The position numbers were made by a program, and so were the translations under genes. Shown piece after piece: positions 50,601 to 62,799 of a stretch of 64,000 nucleotides of DNA; position 1 is the stretch's first letter, and the number at the start of each line of letters is the position of its first letter. A model generated the notes under the pieces. The model saw only the letters and a list, made by a program, of their open reading frames with translations. It ran no database searches and had not been told where the DNA came from. This DNA comes from Squalus acanthias. Lineage: Eukaryota. The stretch spans positions 175,090,001 to 175,154,000 of the forward strand of contig CM059425.1 in assembly GCA_030390025.1 (NCBI GenBank). The letters run 5' to 3'.

Positions 50601-53600
50601 CCCTTTTCCCAAAGCCTCAATATCACCCACCATGTGAGGAGCCCAAAACTGGACACTGTTATACTTGAGGCCTGACCCAAAGTCTTGTAGAAGGACAAAA
50701 TAGTATGCTTTGTCTTGTGGTCCATTGTCCTATAAATGCACCCCAACACCCTATTCGCTCTAGCTATCGCTTCACGGTATTGTTCATAAACTTTTCGCGA
50801 TCTATGCACTGGAACACCTAGATCTCTTTCTTTCTCCAGCTGCTTTACTGCTTTTCCCTGAAGGGTGTATGTATGTTCAGTATTCGCCCTGCCCACATGC
50901 ATAACACTGCACTTTTCTAAGTTAAACATCATTTGCCAGTCACCAGTTAATTCTCCCAACACATCAAGTTCCACTTGAAGCAGTTGAGCATCATCTACAG
51001 TCCTAACACTCGCATAAATCTTATCTGCAAATTTGCAGATCGTGCCCCCAACACCTGCATCTAGATCATAAATAAAAATAGTAAAGGACAGCGGTCCTAA
51101 CACTGATCTCTGCGGGATACCACTAGTGACCGGTGTCTAAACAGATTCAGATCCATCCATAAACTACTTTCTGCCTTTGGCCTTCCAGTCAGTTCTCAAT
51201 CCAGCTCAATATATTACCACTAATATAAGAGGCTTTGACCTTGTAGAGAAGCCTCTTGTGCAGTACCTTGTCAAAAGCTTTTTGGAAGTCTTAAGTAGAC
51301 AATGTCTACTTGGCTTCCGTCATCCGCCATCTTGGTGGCTTCTTCAAAAAATATAATCAAATTTGTAAGACATTACCTCTTTTTTATTTTGAAGCTATGT
51401 TGGGTGTCCCCATTATGTCCCTCTATCTCTACATGGTCATATATTGCATCCTTCAAGCATCTTTCCTATATTACTGATGTCACATTAATGGGCCTATAGT
51501 TACCTGGGTCCGTCTTGTCTCCTTTTTTTAAGGTTGGGGACTACATTAGCCTCCTTCCAGTCTAAAGGAACCATCCCAGAGTGCAGTGAGCTATTAAAAA
51601 TACGTGCAAGGGGCTTGCACAACAAGTGTCCCATCTCCGAGACTCTTGGGTGGATATCATCTGGCTTGGCTGCCTTCTCTATTTTCAGGTTCTCAATTCC
51701 ATTGAAAACAATATGTTCATCTATGTTACTTAAGAATAAGAACATAAGAAATGGGAGCAGGAGTAGGTAATTTGGCCCTTCGAGCCTGCTCCGCCATTCA
51801 ATGAGATCATGGCTGATCTTCTATATCAACTCCACCTACCCACACTATCCCCCATATCCCTTGATTCCCTTAATATCCAAAAATCTATCAATCTCTGTCT
51901 TGATTATACTCAACGACTGAGCATCCATAGCCTCTGGGTTAGAGAATTCTAAAGATTCACAACCCTTTGAGTGAAGAAATTTCTCCTCATCTCAGTCCTA
52001 AATGGCCAACCCCTTATTCTGAGACTGTTACCCCCTAGTTCTAGACTCCCCAGCCAGTGGAAACATCCTCTCAGCATCTACCCTGTTAAGCCCTGTAAGA
52101 ATTTTATGTTTCAATGAGATCATCTCTCATTCTTCCAAATTCTAGGGAATATAGGCCTAGTCTCCTCACTCTCTCCTCATAGGACAATCCCCCCATCCCA
52201 GGAATCAGTCTGGTGAACCTTTGTTGCACTTCCTCTAAGGCAAGTATATCAATCCTTGGGTAAGGAGACCAAAACTGTACGCAGTACTCCAGGTGTGGTC
52301 TCACCAAGGCCCTGTATAATTGCAGTAAGACTTCTTTACTCTTATACTCCAATCCCTTTAAGACCATTTGCTTTCCTAATTGCTTGCTTGCTGCTTATTC
52401 TTTCGTATGGTAGTAGCAAAGCAAATCAAATGTCAATATCTAAGTCCGATATCCAGGCCAAAGCTTCCTGTGTAATAGCGTGGATATCTTGTAGGCTGCC
52501 TGCGAGTTTCCTCTGAGGGCAGTGCTCAATGATTTGCTCCAGGGTCTGATTAGGAGCTCCACAGTCGCATGATGGGGATGCTTTAATCTTCCATCTATGG
52601 AGAAGGTGGCAGCATCTACCATGACCGGTTGTGAGGTGGTTGATGGTTGTCCACTGTTTGTGAGGAAGGTTTGATCCTTCAGGTTGTACTGTGGTTGCTG
52701 TACCTACATGTTAACTTTCAGTGATTTGTGTACAAGGACACCGATGTCCCTCTGAATACCAACATTTCCCAATCTCTCTCCATTTAAAAAATATTCTGCT
52801 TTTTTTATTTTCCTACCAAAGTGGATAACTTCAAATTTCTCCACATTATATTGCATCTGCCGAGTTCTTGCCCACTCAGTTAACCTGTCTACATCCTTTT
52901 GCATCCTCTTTGCATCCTCCTTGCAAATTACTTTCCCACCTAGCTTTGTATCATCGGCAAACTTGGATACATTACACTCGGTCCCTCCATCTAAGTCATT
53001 GATATAGATTGTAAATAGCTGAGGCCCAAGCACTGATCCTTGCGTTATTCCATTAGTTACAACCTGCCAACCTGAAAATGACCTTTATTTCTACGCTCTG
53101 TTTTCTGACTGTTAACCAATCCTCAATCCATGCTAATATATTATTCCCAATCCCATGAGTCCTAATTTTGTGTAATAACTTCTTGTGTGGCACCTTATCG
53201 AATGCTTTCAAAAAATCAAAACACAATTCATCCACTGGTTCCCCCTTATCTACCCTGCTAGTTACAACCTCAAAAAACTCTGAGATTTGTCAAACATGCT
53301 TTCCCTTTTATAAATCCGTGTTGACTCTGCCCAATCATATTCTGATTTTCTAAATGCCCTGTTACCACGTTCCTAATAATAGATTCTAGCATTTTCCCTA
53401 CTACTGATGTCAGGCTAACTGGTCTATAGTTCCCTGTTTTCTCCCTCCCTCCTTTCTTGAATAGCGATATTAACAGTTTTACTATTAACAACACAATTAA
53501 ATTCTAACAGTTGAGTATCATCTTCAAAAGTGAAGACTGCTGCAAAGTACTTAATATTTCTGAAAAGTATGGGATGCAGATATCTCCATTTGTATGAAAT

Positions 53601-56600
53601 TTTCTCTATGCTGGTAGCCAATGCCATTTAAATGGGGAAGCAAGTAATTTAAAGTTTATTTACATTGCACATTTGAACTTTTTAAATTTTATATTAGTCA
53701 CATAATGTCAGAGGTAATGGCAGAAAGCAGTACCAAGATACTCCAAACCAGAAGAAGAAGTCTACTGGAGTAAATAATCAGCAGGTCAAACAATACCAGA
53801 TATTGGTGAGTTTTTGCTATATATTTATTTAGTCAAAATTCTGAATTGCTCTAGTGCAAATGGAAAATGTTTGTGAAAAGGAACAAAATTATGTTTATAA
53901 TTCCAACATCAGTCATTAATCATAAAGGCACATTTTTTAAAGATCTTCCAAGTCTTGTATGTTGGCGATTAAAAACATTTATTGATAGAACTAATTTCAA
54001 GTCTACACCACTCTTTATTAAATTGGTAGGGTGTCGCAACACTTGTTTTTAACATTTGTACAATGGTGGCATTTTAGATTTTGCACCAGAGTCCTCAAAG
54101 TTGTCCTTGGCTAATGGTGACACCTGTTGATACTGCTCCTGCAGGGTTGGAGACGAGATGATAACTCTGGATGTGATTCATCTCATGGCTGTCAAGATTT
54201 AGCTTCTCAAATGGCAGGACTAACTACTTTCCAGGGCACAGCAGTTGCAAGTGTGGCAAACACACTGGTACTAACTAACATTGGTGTATGCTGACATGTT
54301 GATTCTTCCTTATTCCAAGCAGAAATTGATGGTCATTGTCTGATAGCCAAAGCTAGGTGATAATTTGCTGCTCATCCTGACTTTTCAGAAGATGTAGAAG
54401 TAATGGAAAAATGATGGAATTTGTACAAGCTTATATTTGACTAATTTGAGCCAATTGTTTGTCATTTTAATATAGGAACAGGAGTAGGCCATTCAACCCC
54501 TTGAGCCTGTTCCGCCATTCAATTAGATCATGGCTGATCTGTATCTCCACTCCAATTTCTTTTTAGACCAGATGCTATGCTTGCACTTATTTAAGTTTGT
54601 AGGGCTATTGCATAAAGTTTGACAAATATGGCAGTCCTAAGGCTAAATTCATGCCTAATTATTTTGGAGTTTCATTTATCTCTGAAGTTATCGTGTCAAA
54701 ATGTTTGTCACCACACACCTTTCTTCTCCAGGAAGAATCACTTTATAGATTATAAAGCCTTCGTGTTTTGCATAGAAAAAAATAATGGGCCGTAATTTGC
54801 AGCCTCTACGGGTACATACGAGGTTTGTACGCGCCCGTAAGGGCTGCGCAAGTTCCGGGTTTAGGCATGCGCGAAATCCTGCAACTTGCGATATGATAGA
54901 TCCAACGAAAAGGACATTCGCGGGCGGAGAGTTGGGCTATTTGCCCAACTTCTGCTCAGCGAATGCCCGTGAAATTCTTGTGCCTGTTTTTACCAGCGTA
55001 AGAGTTTGATATAATTTTATTTTTATGTTTTTGAATCATTTATACAGTAATAAACCTGGACAAGAAGGTAAGTTTATTTTTAGCCCCTTTAAAACATGTA
55101 AATTTATTTTGCAAAAAATTAATTTGTTTTAATATTTAATTAAATAACATTTATTTAATTTTAAATATGTAATGGTTTTTTAAAATTTATTTAATGTGTA
55201 GATGTATTTTTGGGGGTATTCCCATTCATGCTTATGGGGTTTCCATACATATGGAATCCTGTTGAGCATGAATGGGGATTCCCTTCTTTCATTAGTTGGG
55301 CCAGCCCACATGATCCCAGGGGCGCTTGTGAACCGCCTGCTCCCCTGGGATACGTGGGCCTCTACCCGCGGGTACCCAGAGAGGCCCAGGACCACGAGTC
55401 TCCGGACCACCAGGTACGTGGGCATTTTATTTGCGGATCGGAGGCATTTCCCCCATGGGAAGCCTTCGAACGCAAATTCAGGGCCTATATTTCTAATCGG
55501 GACAGCTTTTCTTTTTGTTAAAATTTATGAAAACCCCTCACTAAATAGTGTAACTAAACTGATTTGACGAATGGGTTTCACTTACTGTTTAGTTCGTCAG
55601 GAATCGTGAAGAAAAATAAAACTTTGTTCTACTTCTGCTGTGGCCACTTAATGTCACAGCATGCAGTAGACTTCTGACATTTATTGGCAAAGGACTAACA
55701 TGGAATAATTTACATGCTTCCACAAAGCAATGGCCCTGATTTTTGTGGTCAGCGGTGAACAAATGGTGACAGTCGTTCATTACACTTACACTTTCTGTGA
55801 TTAGAAAGCCATTTTGATGCCGCGCCCTCTACAGGGAATCTGGGACCTGTGGTCAGTGAAGCAACTGTGTATCTCCTCAACCAATCAGATTGAAGAATCG
55901 TTAATGAGGCAGGCAGAGTCTGAATTAAGAAGTGTCAGTTAAAATAGTTAATTCAATGCCAAATCATGTACAGAAAGTGAAATAAAGAGATGGAAAGAAA
56001 GATGGGATTCAAGAGATAAGAGGCAAAGAAAAAGTTGTTAAAAATTATTTACATTTTTTTTATATCTCCAACAATAATTAAAATCTGAAGGAATGAGACT
56101 TCACACTTGTAAAAGTTAATTTTCAATGCCAGAGAGGTGGTTTGCTAGTAATTAAGACTTATCACACCGTTAAAAATGTACTTACATTGGAATGGACAAG
56201 CCCTAACTTTTTCTGGCGAGCTGAGAGCATATATATCATGTAAGTACTGTAACTTCACGCCGTTCCATGTGTTTCAATGCCAAGTCTCTTGGTGAGATAC
56301 TGTTATAGTGAAGCTTCTGGAGGAGCAGGGCAACTCTGACAGCAACTTCTTGATTTCTGCATTTAACTACGCATGTATGGTTGCTGGAAGTTGCTGTCCG
56401 ATTTACCCTTTAATAACTGAATTCTCACAGGCAGCAAACAGGAAGTAAAAAGCAGGGATTATAATTCACATTTTAATCATTGTACAGAAAACAAAATAAA
56501 GATTGGGGTATATACATGGGATTAAGGGAGAAGCTGAAATATCATAAACTTTTTTTTAAATTATGATTTTTAAATGTTATTCTAAGGAAATGAGACTCCA

Positions 56601-57738
56601 CATTTGTAAAATTTGTTTTTCAGCAGTAATTATGACTTAGTACACCGGTAAAAACTCTGACTCCTGATCGAACAAGGCTTAACATTTTCATTGGTTTTTA
56701 CAGCGAGAATAGTGCATAAAAAGTTGAAGTTCATGTTCAATCACTGATTCTGCGTTGATTGCATCTGCGAAGACTGCAACAGCGCACCCTGTGGCGGAGC
56801 AGGGTATCACTGATGATTTCCGGATTTGACTGCAAATGTACAGACACCAGAAGTTGCTGTCAGTTTTACACAGTAATGACGGCGAGCGCTGACCGTTTTG
56901 CCATCATTACAACCGCAAATTCCACGCCAGTGTTGTTGTTTTAGAAAGTAGTCAAAAGTTAAACACCCAGCCCAGTGAAACTGACTAAGTCCAGATATCA
57001 ATGTATGGTACTTGCAACATTTTAGCAGAAATATTTCCTTTGACTTTACAAGTTTTTAAACAAAGTACTGCAAGATTATTCCACATTTTCTCTTCCCAGG
57101 CTTACTGATTGCTCACTACTGTAAACTGAATAAGCTCAAGACAGGACCTCTGTTAACTGATCTATCTTTCATTATCTGGGCATTTAGCCTATTTCTGACA
57201 TTGTGCTTCTATACTTCGTGCAGACATGCAACTTGTGCAGACTGGTATTCCTGCCTAAGTCAATACCTCTGTTCGTACCACATTTTAATGTGCTATGCCC
57301 ATAATGTCTTAGTGGCCATCTGTCAGTAAACTTCAGCTTGTTTTTTTAAATCTTTTAGAAATCGGATAAAAAACTTCAGCCAAGACGACTACAGGACAAT
57401 TTTGAAATGGGTAAGATCACTGTGTAACATCCTCCAATGTTGTGAATATGTATCAATAAATGCTGTTATGCAGAACTTGATGCTTATGTTTATTCATATT
57501 TTAAAAATCATTTTGTCTGTAGTTATAGAAGTGCATTGGTCACTTTTTTTTTCCCTACTTAGATGCAGTTTGTGAACTGTGCAGCTCGAATCAGCTCTTG
57601 GAATATACTGGGACGTGCAGATCAGGTTCTGACCTCTCTGATTCCTGCAACGGACACTCCGATTTTAGTTTTTCATCCAGGGCCTTTCTCAGCTTCAAGT
57701 TTGATCGAGATGCAATTATGAAATGCTTTGATCTATGA
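23450..57738 (+). CDS. DCP2: mRNA-decapping enzyme 2 (Nudix hydrolase), 11 coding exons, 1284 nt, 427 aa
   Basis: Exons of 53, 152, 128, 99, 153, 113, 111, 139, 108, 52 and 176 nt join in frame. Box A ([13 protein letters not shown]...[10 protein letters not shown]), the Nudix box ([22 protein letters not shown]) and the C-terminal AFLSFKFD match vertebrate DCP2. Confidence 0.96.
24401..24692 (+). mobile_element. HE1-like V-SINE (slightly 5'-truncated)
   Basis: tRNA-like head, V-domain TGTGTGGAGTTTGCACATTCTCCCCGTGTCTGCGTGGGTTTCC and a CR1-like tail GATTCTGTGATTCT. Confidence 0.8.
25364..26562 (+). mobile_element. 5'-truncated Vingi-like (Ingi/I group) LINE end with 5' inversion, interrupted by a SINE
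   Basis: Reads [12 protein letters not shown]...LKSRRP...[17 protein letters not shown]...CDCG....H/P...CP. Tail CATACGAAAGAAG. TSD ACAGGATT (25356-25363, 26563-26570). The clade call is from motif memory only. Confidence 0.6.
25881..26360 (-). mobile_element. DeuSINE (SacSINE1-like), full length
   Basis: Same family as 11089-11540. It splits the Vingi-like ORF between ..LQRWK and IKAFPSCDC. Confidence 0.78.
26605..27058 (+). mobile_element. L2 LINE fragments
   Basis: [13 protein letters not shown] and the 3' region GGTGGCCATGCCTTCAGCTGCCTAGGCCC, shared with 38185-39600. Confidence 0.7.
27059..28310 (+). mobile_element. CR1 3' fragment with large internal deletion
   Basis: RT 3' motifs and a (TTCTTATG)n tail. 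The junction near 27123 fuses segments that lie about 860 bp apart in the copy at 34725-37357. Confidence 0.88.
28426..28569. mobile_element. 144 bp hAT-type MITE
   Basis: TIR CAATGTTCC/GGAACATTG; 8 bp flanks GTGATGAG and GTGATTAG (7/8 match). Confidence 0.7.
28806..29140 (-). mobile_element. Penelope-like element terminal fragment with hammerhead motif (28901-28937)
   Basis: The minus strand reads CTGACGAAAGGTCATCGACCTGAAACGTTAACT. Same family as 32430-32530. Confidence 0.7.
30785..30994. mobile_element. Penelope-like terminal fragment as a head-to-head inverted repeat
   Basis: Arms of about 89 bp (30819-30907 and 30910-30998) with 2 mismatches. A 14 bp direct flank CATTCATAAATATG occurs at 30771-30784 and 30995-31008. 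Confidence 0.8.
30910..30946 (+). ncRNA. Minimal type I hammerhead ribozyme motif (mirror copy on - strand at 30871-30907)
   Basis: TCAC-CTGACGA-A-GGAGC agc GCTCC-GAAA-GCTT-GTGA, giving stem I TCAC/GTGA, a 5 bp stem II and a palindromic stem III. Confidence 0.65.
31761..31912 (+). CDS. DCP2: DCP2 coding exon 2
   Basis: [31 protein letters not shown]...GIRDFAKS; ends at the U12 donor ATATCCTTT. Confidence 0.95.
31913..32570 (+). other. U12-type AT-AC intron (DCP2 intron 2, 658 nt)
   Basis: 5' splice site ATATCCTTT, branch site TTCCTTAAC at 32551-32559 and terminal AC at 32569-32570. Splicing at these points restores ...FAKSVFSHC. Confidence 0.93.
32430..32530 (+). mobile_element. Penelope-like terminal fragment with minimal hammerhead motif
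   Basis: AGTT-CTGACGA-A-AGGTC atc GACCT-GAAA-CGTT-AACT, flanked by TAACCA direct repeats (32424-32429, 32530-32535). Confidence 0.72.
32571..32698 (+). CDS. DCP2: DCP2 coding exon 3
   Basis: FSHCSFLL...[24 protein letters not shown]; donor GTAAGT. Confidence 0.95.
32840..33170 (+). mobile_element. Old CR1 3' fragment
   Basis: Ends GATGGGCCAAATAGCCTCCTGTGCTGTAAAATTCTATGATTCTA. Confidence 0.6.
34354..34452 (+). CDS. DCP2: DCP2 coding exon 4
   Basis: [37 protein letters not shown] boundaries. Confidence 0.96.
34725..37357 (+). mobile_element. 5'-truncated, decayed CR1 LINE in DCP2 intron 4
   Basis: Endonuclease and RT motifs across several frames, a TTCTTATG tail and an internal ~96 bp tandem duplication at 34996-35186. 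Confidence 0.92.
37773..37925 (+). CDS. DCP2: DCP2 coding exon 5
   Basis: [51 protein letters not shown]. Confidence 0.96.
38185..39600 (+). mobile_element. L2 LINE fragments (older fragment plus younger 3' RT end)
   Basis: Motifs [28 protein letters not shown] and LHWL; tail ATATAAATACAAGTTGTTGTTG. Confidence 0.85.
39952..40064 (+). CDS. DCP2: DCP2 coding exon 6
   Basis: [37 protein letters not shown]; donor AG|GTATGG. Confidence 0.95.
40429..40539 (+). CDS. DCP2: DCP2 coding exon 7
   Basis: [18 protein letters not shown]...[12 protein letters not shown]; donor AG|GTAAGT. Confidence 0.9.
40910..42150 (+). mobile_element. Highly decayed CR1 (ORF1 end / endonuclease / RT remnants)
   Basis: Remnants resembling [23 protein letters not shown] and YYRP, with no intact frame. 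Confidence 0.55.
42153..46020 (-). mobile_element. Near full-length decayed CR1 LINE in DCP2 intron 7
   Basis: ORF1 remnants ([13 protein letters not shown]), ITETW, KSP.PDGLHP and YRPVSLTS, a RT 3' end and a tail. Confidence 0.92.
46310..47640. mobile_element. Cluster of old CR1-type fragments (both orientations)
   Basis: YLDFQ.AFD.V remnant on + (46350-46800). 3'-end-like segments on - resemble 49975-50420. Confidence 0.5.
47877..48210 (+). mobile_element. DeuSINE, partial
   Basis: GTGTCAGCTGTGG head and core GCCGTCTTTCGGATGAGACGTTAAAC. Confidence 0.75.
48363..48755 (-). mobile_element. Old diverged DeuSINE
   Basis: Collinear weak similarity to 11089-11540 (GAAAGAATGAACTTGCATTTAT...TGTCTCATCTGAAA...GGGATTTGAA). 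Confidence 0.55.
48870..49008 (+). CDS. DCP2: DCP2 coding exon 8
   Basis: [10 protein letters not shown]...GEQW...KHRPLQKP...; phases are compatible with exons 7 and 9. Confidence 0.82.
49975..51720 (-). mobile_element. Decayed CR1-type LINE (distinct subfamily)
   Basis: Remnants [31 protein letters not shown] and KCSVMHVG. Confidence 0.8.
51735..53465 (-). mobile_element. CR1 3' portion, interrupted by a Vingi-like fragment
   Basis: Motifs [21 protein letters not shown] and RPHLEYC; TTCTTATG tail. Confidence 0.9.
52394..52694 (-). mobile_element. Vingi-like LINE 3' fragment
   Basis: Collinear with 25780-25878 plus 26365-26557. Approximate TTGCTG duplication at its flanks. Confidence 0.65.
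53698..53805 (+). CDS. DCP2: DCP2 coding exon 9
   Basis: [21 protein letters not shown]...; donor GTGAGT. Confidence 0.92.
54787..55485. mobile_element. Harbinger-type MITE (~700 bp, AT-rich centre)
   Basis: Imperfect 14 bp TIRs GGGCCGTAATTTGC and GCAAATTCAGGGCC; flanks AAT/TAT; CpG-rich ends. Confidence 0.6.
55732..56928. mobile_element. Composite Harbinger-type MITE related to 16060 and 22275 elements
   Basis: Ends GGCCCTGATTTTTGTGG and CCGCAAATTCCACGCC. Internal blocks such as AAATAAAGATTGGGG and GAAGCTGAAATATCAT are shared with 22275-23073. Confidence 0.55.
57359..57410 (+). CDS. DCP2: DCP2 coding exon 10
   Basis: [17 protein letters not shown]; donor G|GTAAGA. Confidence 0.92.
57563..57738 (+). 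CDS. DCP2: DCP2 coding exon 11 (terminal)
   Basis: DAVCELCSS...[30 protein letters not shown]. Confidence 0.93.
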
Positions 57739-59547
57739 CAGAATGTTGGACTTGGATCTGAAGGGATCAGAAGGTTGCATGGAACAAATTACAAGATCAA
57801 TGAAAGACTGACCTTTCCATCCTTGGGTGTTCAAGAGCCCTAAGGATTTTAAAATGTCGAGGGTGGGGTTTTTAAAGGTGTGTGCAGAAATGAACATGAT
57901 GAGGTCATGTTTAATGCAATTTAGCCTTTGTACACAAGTACCTTTTCAGTATTTGGAATTGGCCATTGGTTTTCTTTAGGTGTAGGTGGTTATTTTAGTA
58001 GTGCAGTACTGGAGAGGAGAATTTTTTTGTTTCCTTTCTTTTAAAATAAACTTTCCTTCCTTTTCTCTCTTTCCTCCCCCTCCCCCATTACTTTAGCTTG
58101 GACATGACACTTAATGCTGACTGTGCAAGTACAGATGAAGGATATCTGGCTTTTACAAGTGGGTATTTGGAAAGGCAGGATAGAGTGGATTGTTGCAGCA
58201 TTATACTTTTGTTTATGCAGTTTAATGAATCACATTTATGCTGATATTCATGCACTAACCAGATGGTGGGTATTTTTTGTTCCCTAGTTGTACCGTTGCA
58301 GAATTTCCATTGTTCTATTGGACATTTAGAATGGTCTTCAGTGTTGTTGTAGTTACAAGATGTTCGACTGTGTTTTCAGCTTAATGACCGTTTGTTCATT
58401 TCTGGCAGTTGTTCCCAGATCCAGTAGTATCAACTGATTTTTTTTCAATTTGTTCCATACTCTTGGTGCAGTTTCAAGAAAGTTCCTAATTTTACACATG
58501 GATCAGATATATTAACACTGTAGAAGTTCATTGTGAGAATTTAATGTGATTTTAAAACACTCAGCGGCTCATTGTTGAGAATATAACCTTGTCCTTTCAG
58601 TCACTCAGTCCATTAATAAATCGATGGTTAGAATGTGTAGAGTTCCGATTTGGATTTAAATAAGTTCCCACAATCTACTGACTTGAAAATGTTATAATGA
58701 GTGACTCAGCAACAAATCAGTTTATTAAAACCCATTAATTTAATTGACTATTGCTTAATGTTGAAAAAAAACTCTTGGCTAGGTTATGCACTTGGTGTGA
58801 TAGTCACAAATATTGACCTTTGTACTTTGGAGAGCTGAAGGACGGACAGTTTGTGATTAAAATTCCATCAGCCTTAATCTCTATTGGACATGAGCCCACG
58901 CCACAAAGTTGTCTACCCGAATTCAATTTGGAAAATAGACTTGATGAGATGAAGGGCGCTCTTCTTTGAAGAGTGATTTCAGGTCTCTTTCCAGCTAACT
59001 CACCTACTTTATGGACAAGCAACCTTGACTGCCATCCTACTGCAGAAAAAAAAAACCTCAAATGACACGACCTCATGATTTTGTTGAAGTCAGCTGTACA
59101 CCCCAAACAAGTACCTGTCACAAATTATGGTTTACTTTAGTGTGATTTTATATTTTGATAAATTTCAAAGATTGCTAAATTGAATATATTTTCAATTTTG
59201 TGCTGATCCTGCTCAACTTGTCTGTATGACATTGTAGTGCATGTGGATAGAGCAGAAGCAGCATCCAACTAAATTATGATGGTAGACTGTTAATAAGTAA
59301 TGTATCCTTTCTTAAGCTTTATAACCTTGTGAATGCAATAGGATTTTAAAACTTTGACAATATTGTTGTAATAAAGGATACATTTATTTTCATCTCTCAT
59401 CCAGTGGAAGAGTTTGAACGCAGAGGATGATAACATTTTGGGAATGAGAGACTGTTTCGAGCTTTTCTTGAAAATAAAATCAATTTGCATAAGAATAGAA
59501 TTCTTGGGTGGGAGTTTATTTCAAAATTGAGTGCAAGTCTTCCATTC

Positions 59548-60209
59548 TGGTGGTAGAGTTTCCGCTATGGGCGCAGTCGGCGATCCAGGCGCAAATTGCA
59601 CCCAAAATTACGCTAGTTTTGAGAAGTGTTTTTTTGTGTCTCAAGTTTCTGCTCAAACTCATTTGCATATCACCGAACGTAAAATCTGCCATGAACCAGC
59701 ACAATTGGGCAGCGTTTTAGAACATAATTTAAAAATAAAAATTTGTTTTCAAAAATATTCTTTTTTGTATGAATGGTACCTTGCAGTTTGATTAATACAG
59801 CTGAAAATGGGTTTAATCACAAAATAAACATTTTAGTCAGTGTCTAGTCCACCACTTATGAGTAACCTGATTTTAAATAATTGAAAATGACAAAAAAAAT
59901 ACAGAACAATTTGCTAGTTATATTGGGGTACAGTAGTCAATTTCTTAGTAAATTAAAATCAATATTCAAAAGCTTTTAAAACGTGCCTATTGGTGTTCTT
60001 GTGCCCAAAAGAACCAGCCTAAATTTTAGAGCCTCCTTGAAGGCCTACAAACAGCAGAAACTCCCAATGGTCTGGCCTGCACCAGCGCAACTCCATTTGT
60101 GGCTGTACTTAATTTGCGCTTAAAATTCCGCGACCTTTTGCAATGGTTTCGCCGATTTCTGGCAAATTGCACCAAAAAAACCAGTGGAAGCGAGCGGAAA
60201 CGCCAGGCC
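59548..60209. mobile_element. Probable MITE
   Basis: GTTTCCGCT near the left end and AGCGGAAAC near the right end; repeated GCAAATTGCACC; CpG-rich ends around an AT-rich core. Confidence 0.45.
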
Positions 60210-60744
60210 TCTGCCTTTTATTCTGATCGCTAGGCATAACAAAAGTGCTATGGGGAAACTTAATTTCTTGACGTGTTACTGAACTTTTTAAAAAAAGATT
60301 TTGGGTGGATGATGCTGCTGTAATGAGAACGTGATTTTTTTTGTTTTAAAAAGCTTCACACCTGAGACAGTTTATCTGAAATGTTGCCCAGAAATAGGAC
60401 AATAGCACTGAACTACAAAGTTAGAAATCTGTCTATTAAATACTGTTTCCTTAAACTAACTATTCAGAGGATGGGTGAAGAAATCTGTTTTAAGATGAAA
60501 ATAAATGACTTGATCCCACTGCCTTCTCCAATCCATTTCACTTTGGATAATATCTGCTGCTTAAACAAATCTCTAATATGGATTTTCTCAGCACAGATTA
60601 TAGTATGCAACATGACAAAATTAGCATTGATATTTGTCAGACTTATTGTGCAGTAACATTTTTATAATGTTTTAGCTAGCTTCTAGTATTACATGTGGTT
60701 CACATTGGTATATTTATTGGCTCAATATTGCTTCTATACTGCAC

Positions 60745-61101
60745 ATCCCGATCCGGCATTGCCTCAATTTTAAAGTTCTCATCCTTTTCAAATCCCTCCA
60801 TGGCCTCGCCCCTCCCTATCTTCCAATTCTGGCCTCTTGCGCATCCCCGATTTTCATCGTTCCACAATTGCTGGTCATGCCTTCAGCTGCCTGGGTCCTT
60901 AGCTCTGGAATTTGCTCCCTAAACCTCTCTGCCTCTCTATCCTCCTTTTAAAACCTACCTCTTTGACCAAGCTTTTGGTCACCTGTCCTTATGTCTCCTG
61001 ATGTGGCTCGGTGTCCAATTTTGTTTAATAAAACTCCTGTGAAGCGCCTTGGGACATTTTTACTATGTAAAGGTGCTATATAAATGCAAGTTGTTGCTGT
61101 T
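60745..61101 (+). mobile_element. L2 3' fragment
   Basis: Same 3' region and tail as 39190-39600. Confidence 0.8.
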
Positions 61102-61531
61102 GAAGGATGTTGGCGCAGAGGAATTGAAAATAATTTTCCCTTTTCCTCCACACACTCTTTCACCCCCCCCCCCCCCCCCCCCCCCACTGGCCACAAGCCC
61201 CATTTTGAACGTCAGATCATATCTATCATGGACCACATAAAAAGTAAAGGTCCATCTGCTCTGCAACAGCGACATACATTGATTTCACTGTGGCTAAATA
61301 TAGCATCCCTACCAATGAGATCAGTTAACTTAATGCATATCTGGGACCCTCCTCCTATTCTGTGTGCCTAGTTGCTGGATAAATTTGCAGACATTGGTGG
61401 GGTCATTCAATATTTCTTTGAGACAAAATTCTGTGGAACAGTACCACCACAAAGAATATGCTGGCTTCAGTGATGTCATTCCCAAAATGTACTACATGAA
61501 GGAACGTGACTGGTGTTGTGATGATTAAGGA

Positions 61532-62591
61532 TTAAATAAACGGGTCATTTTCGGGTTGGCAGGATATAACTAGTGGGGTACTGCAAGGATCAGTGCTTGG
61601 GCCTCAGCTATTCACAATCTATATCAATGATTTGGATTAGGGGACCAAATGTAATATATCCAAGTGTGCTGATGATACAAAGCTGGGTGGGAATGTAAGT
61701 TGCGAGGAAGATGCAAGGAGGCTTCAAGGGGATATAGACAGGCTAAGTGAGTGGGCAAGAACCTGGCAAATGGAATATAATGTGGAAAAATGTGAAGTTA
61801 TCCACTTTGGTAGGAAAAATAGAAAAGCAGAGTATTTTTTAAATGGTGAGAGATTGGGAAATGTTGGTGTTCAGAGGGACCTGGGTGTCCTTGTACACAA
61901 ATCACTGAAAGTTAACATGCAGGTACAGCAAGCAATTAGGAAAGCAAATGGTATGTTGGCCTTTATTATAAGAGGATTTGAATATAAGAGTAAAGACGTC
62001 TTACTGCAATTATATAAGGCCCTGGTGAGACCACACCTGGAGTACTGTGTACAGTTTTGGTCTCCTTACCTAAGGAAGGATATACTTGCCATAGAGGGAG
62101 TGCAACGAAGGTTCACTTGACTGGTTCCTGGGATGGGGGCATTGTCCTATGAGGAGAGATTGAGTAGACTAGGCCTATATTCTCTAGAATTTAGAAGAAT
62201 GAGAGGTGATCTCATTGAAACATACAAAATTCTTGCAGGGCTTGACAGGGTAGATGCAGAGAGGATGTTTCCCCTGACTGGGGAGTCTAGAACCAGGGGT
62301 CACAGTCTTAGAATAAAGGGTTGGCCATTTAGGAGTGAGATGAGAAATTTCTTCACTCAGAGGGTGGTGAATCTTTGGAATTCTCTACCCCAGAGGGCTG
62401 TGGAGGCTCAGTCGTTGAGTATATTCAAGACCCAGATCGATAGATTTTTGAATATTAAGTGAATTGAGGGATATGGGGATAGTTCAGGAAAGTGGAGATG
62501 ATGTAGAAGATCAGCCATGATTTTATTGAATGGCGGAGCAGGCTCGAGGGGCCAAATGGCCTACTCCTGCTCCTATTTCTTATGTTCTTAT
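61532..62591 (+). mobile_element. CR1 3' fragment
   Basis: Motifs [15 protein letters not shown] and [21 protein letters not shown] tail. Confidence 0.9.
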
Positions 62592-62799
62592 AACATGGAC
62601 TACAGCGGATCAAGGCGGTGGCTCACCACCACCTTCTCAAGGGCAACTGGAGAATGGACAATAAATGCTGGTCTTTTTGGTGATGCCCATAATCCTGAGA
62701 ATAAATATTTTTTTAAGTCTTTTTTTGTTCCATTTGGATCTTGATGTATTTTAATTTTAGGAATGTTCTACAAAAATTTGGATGTCATGGTCTAAATTT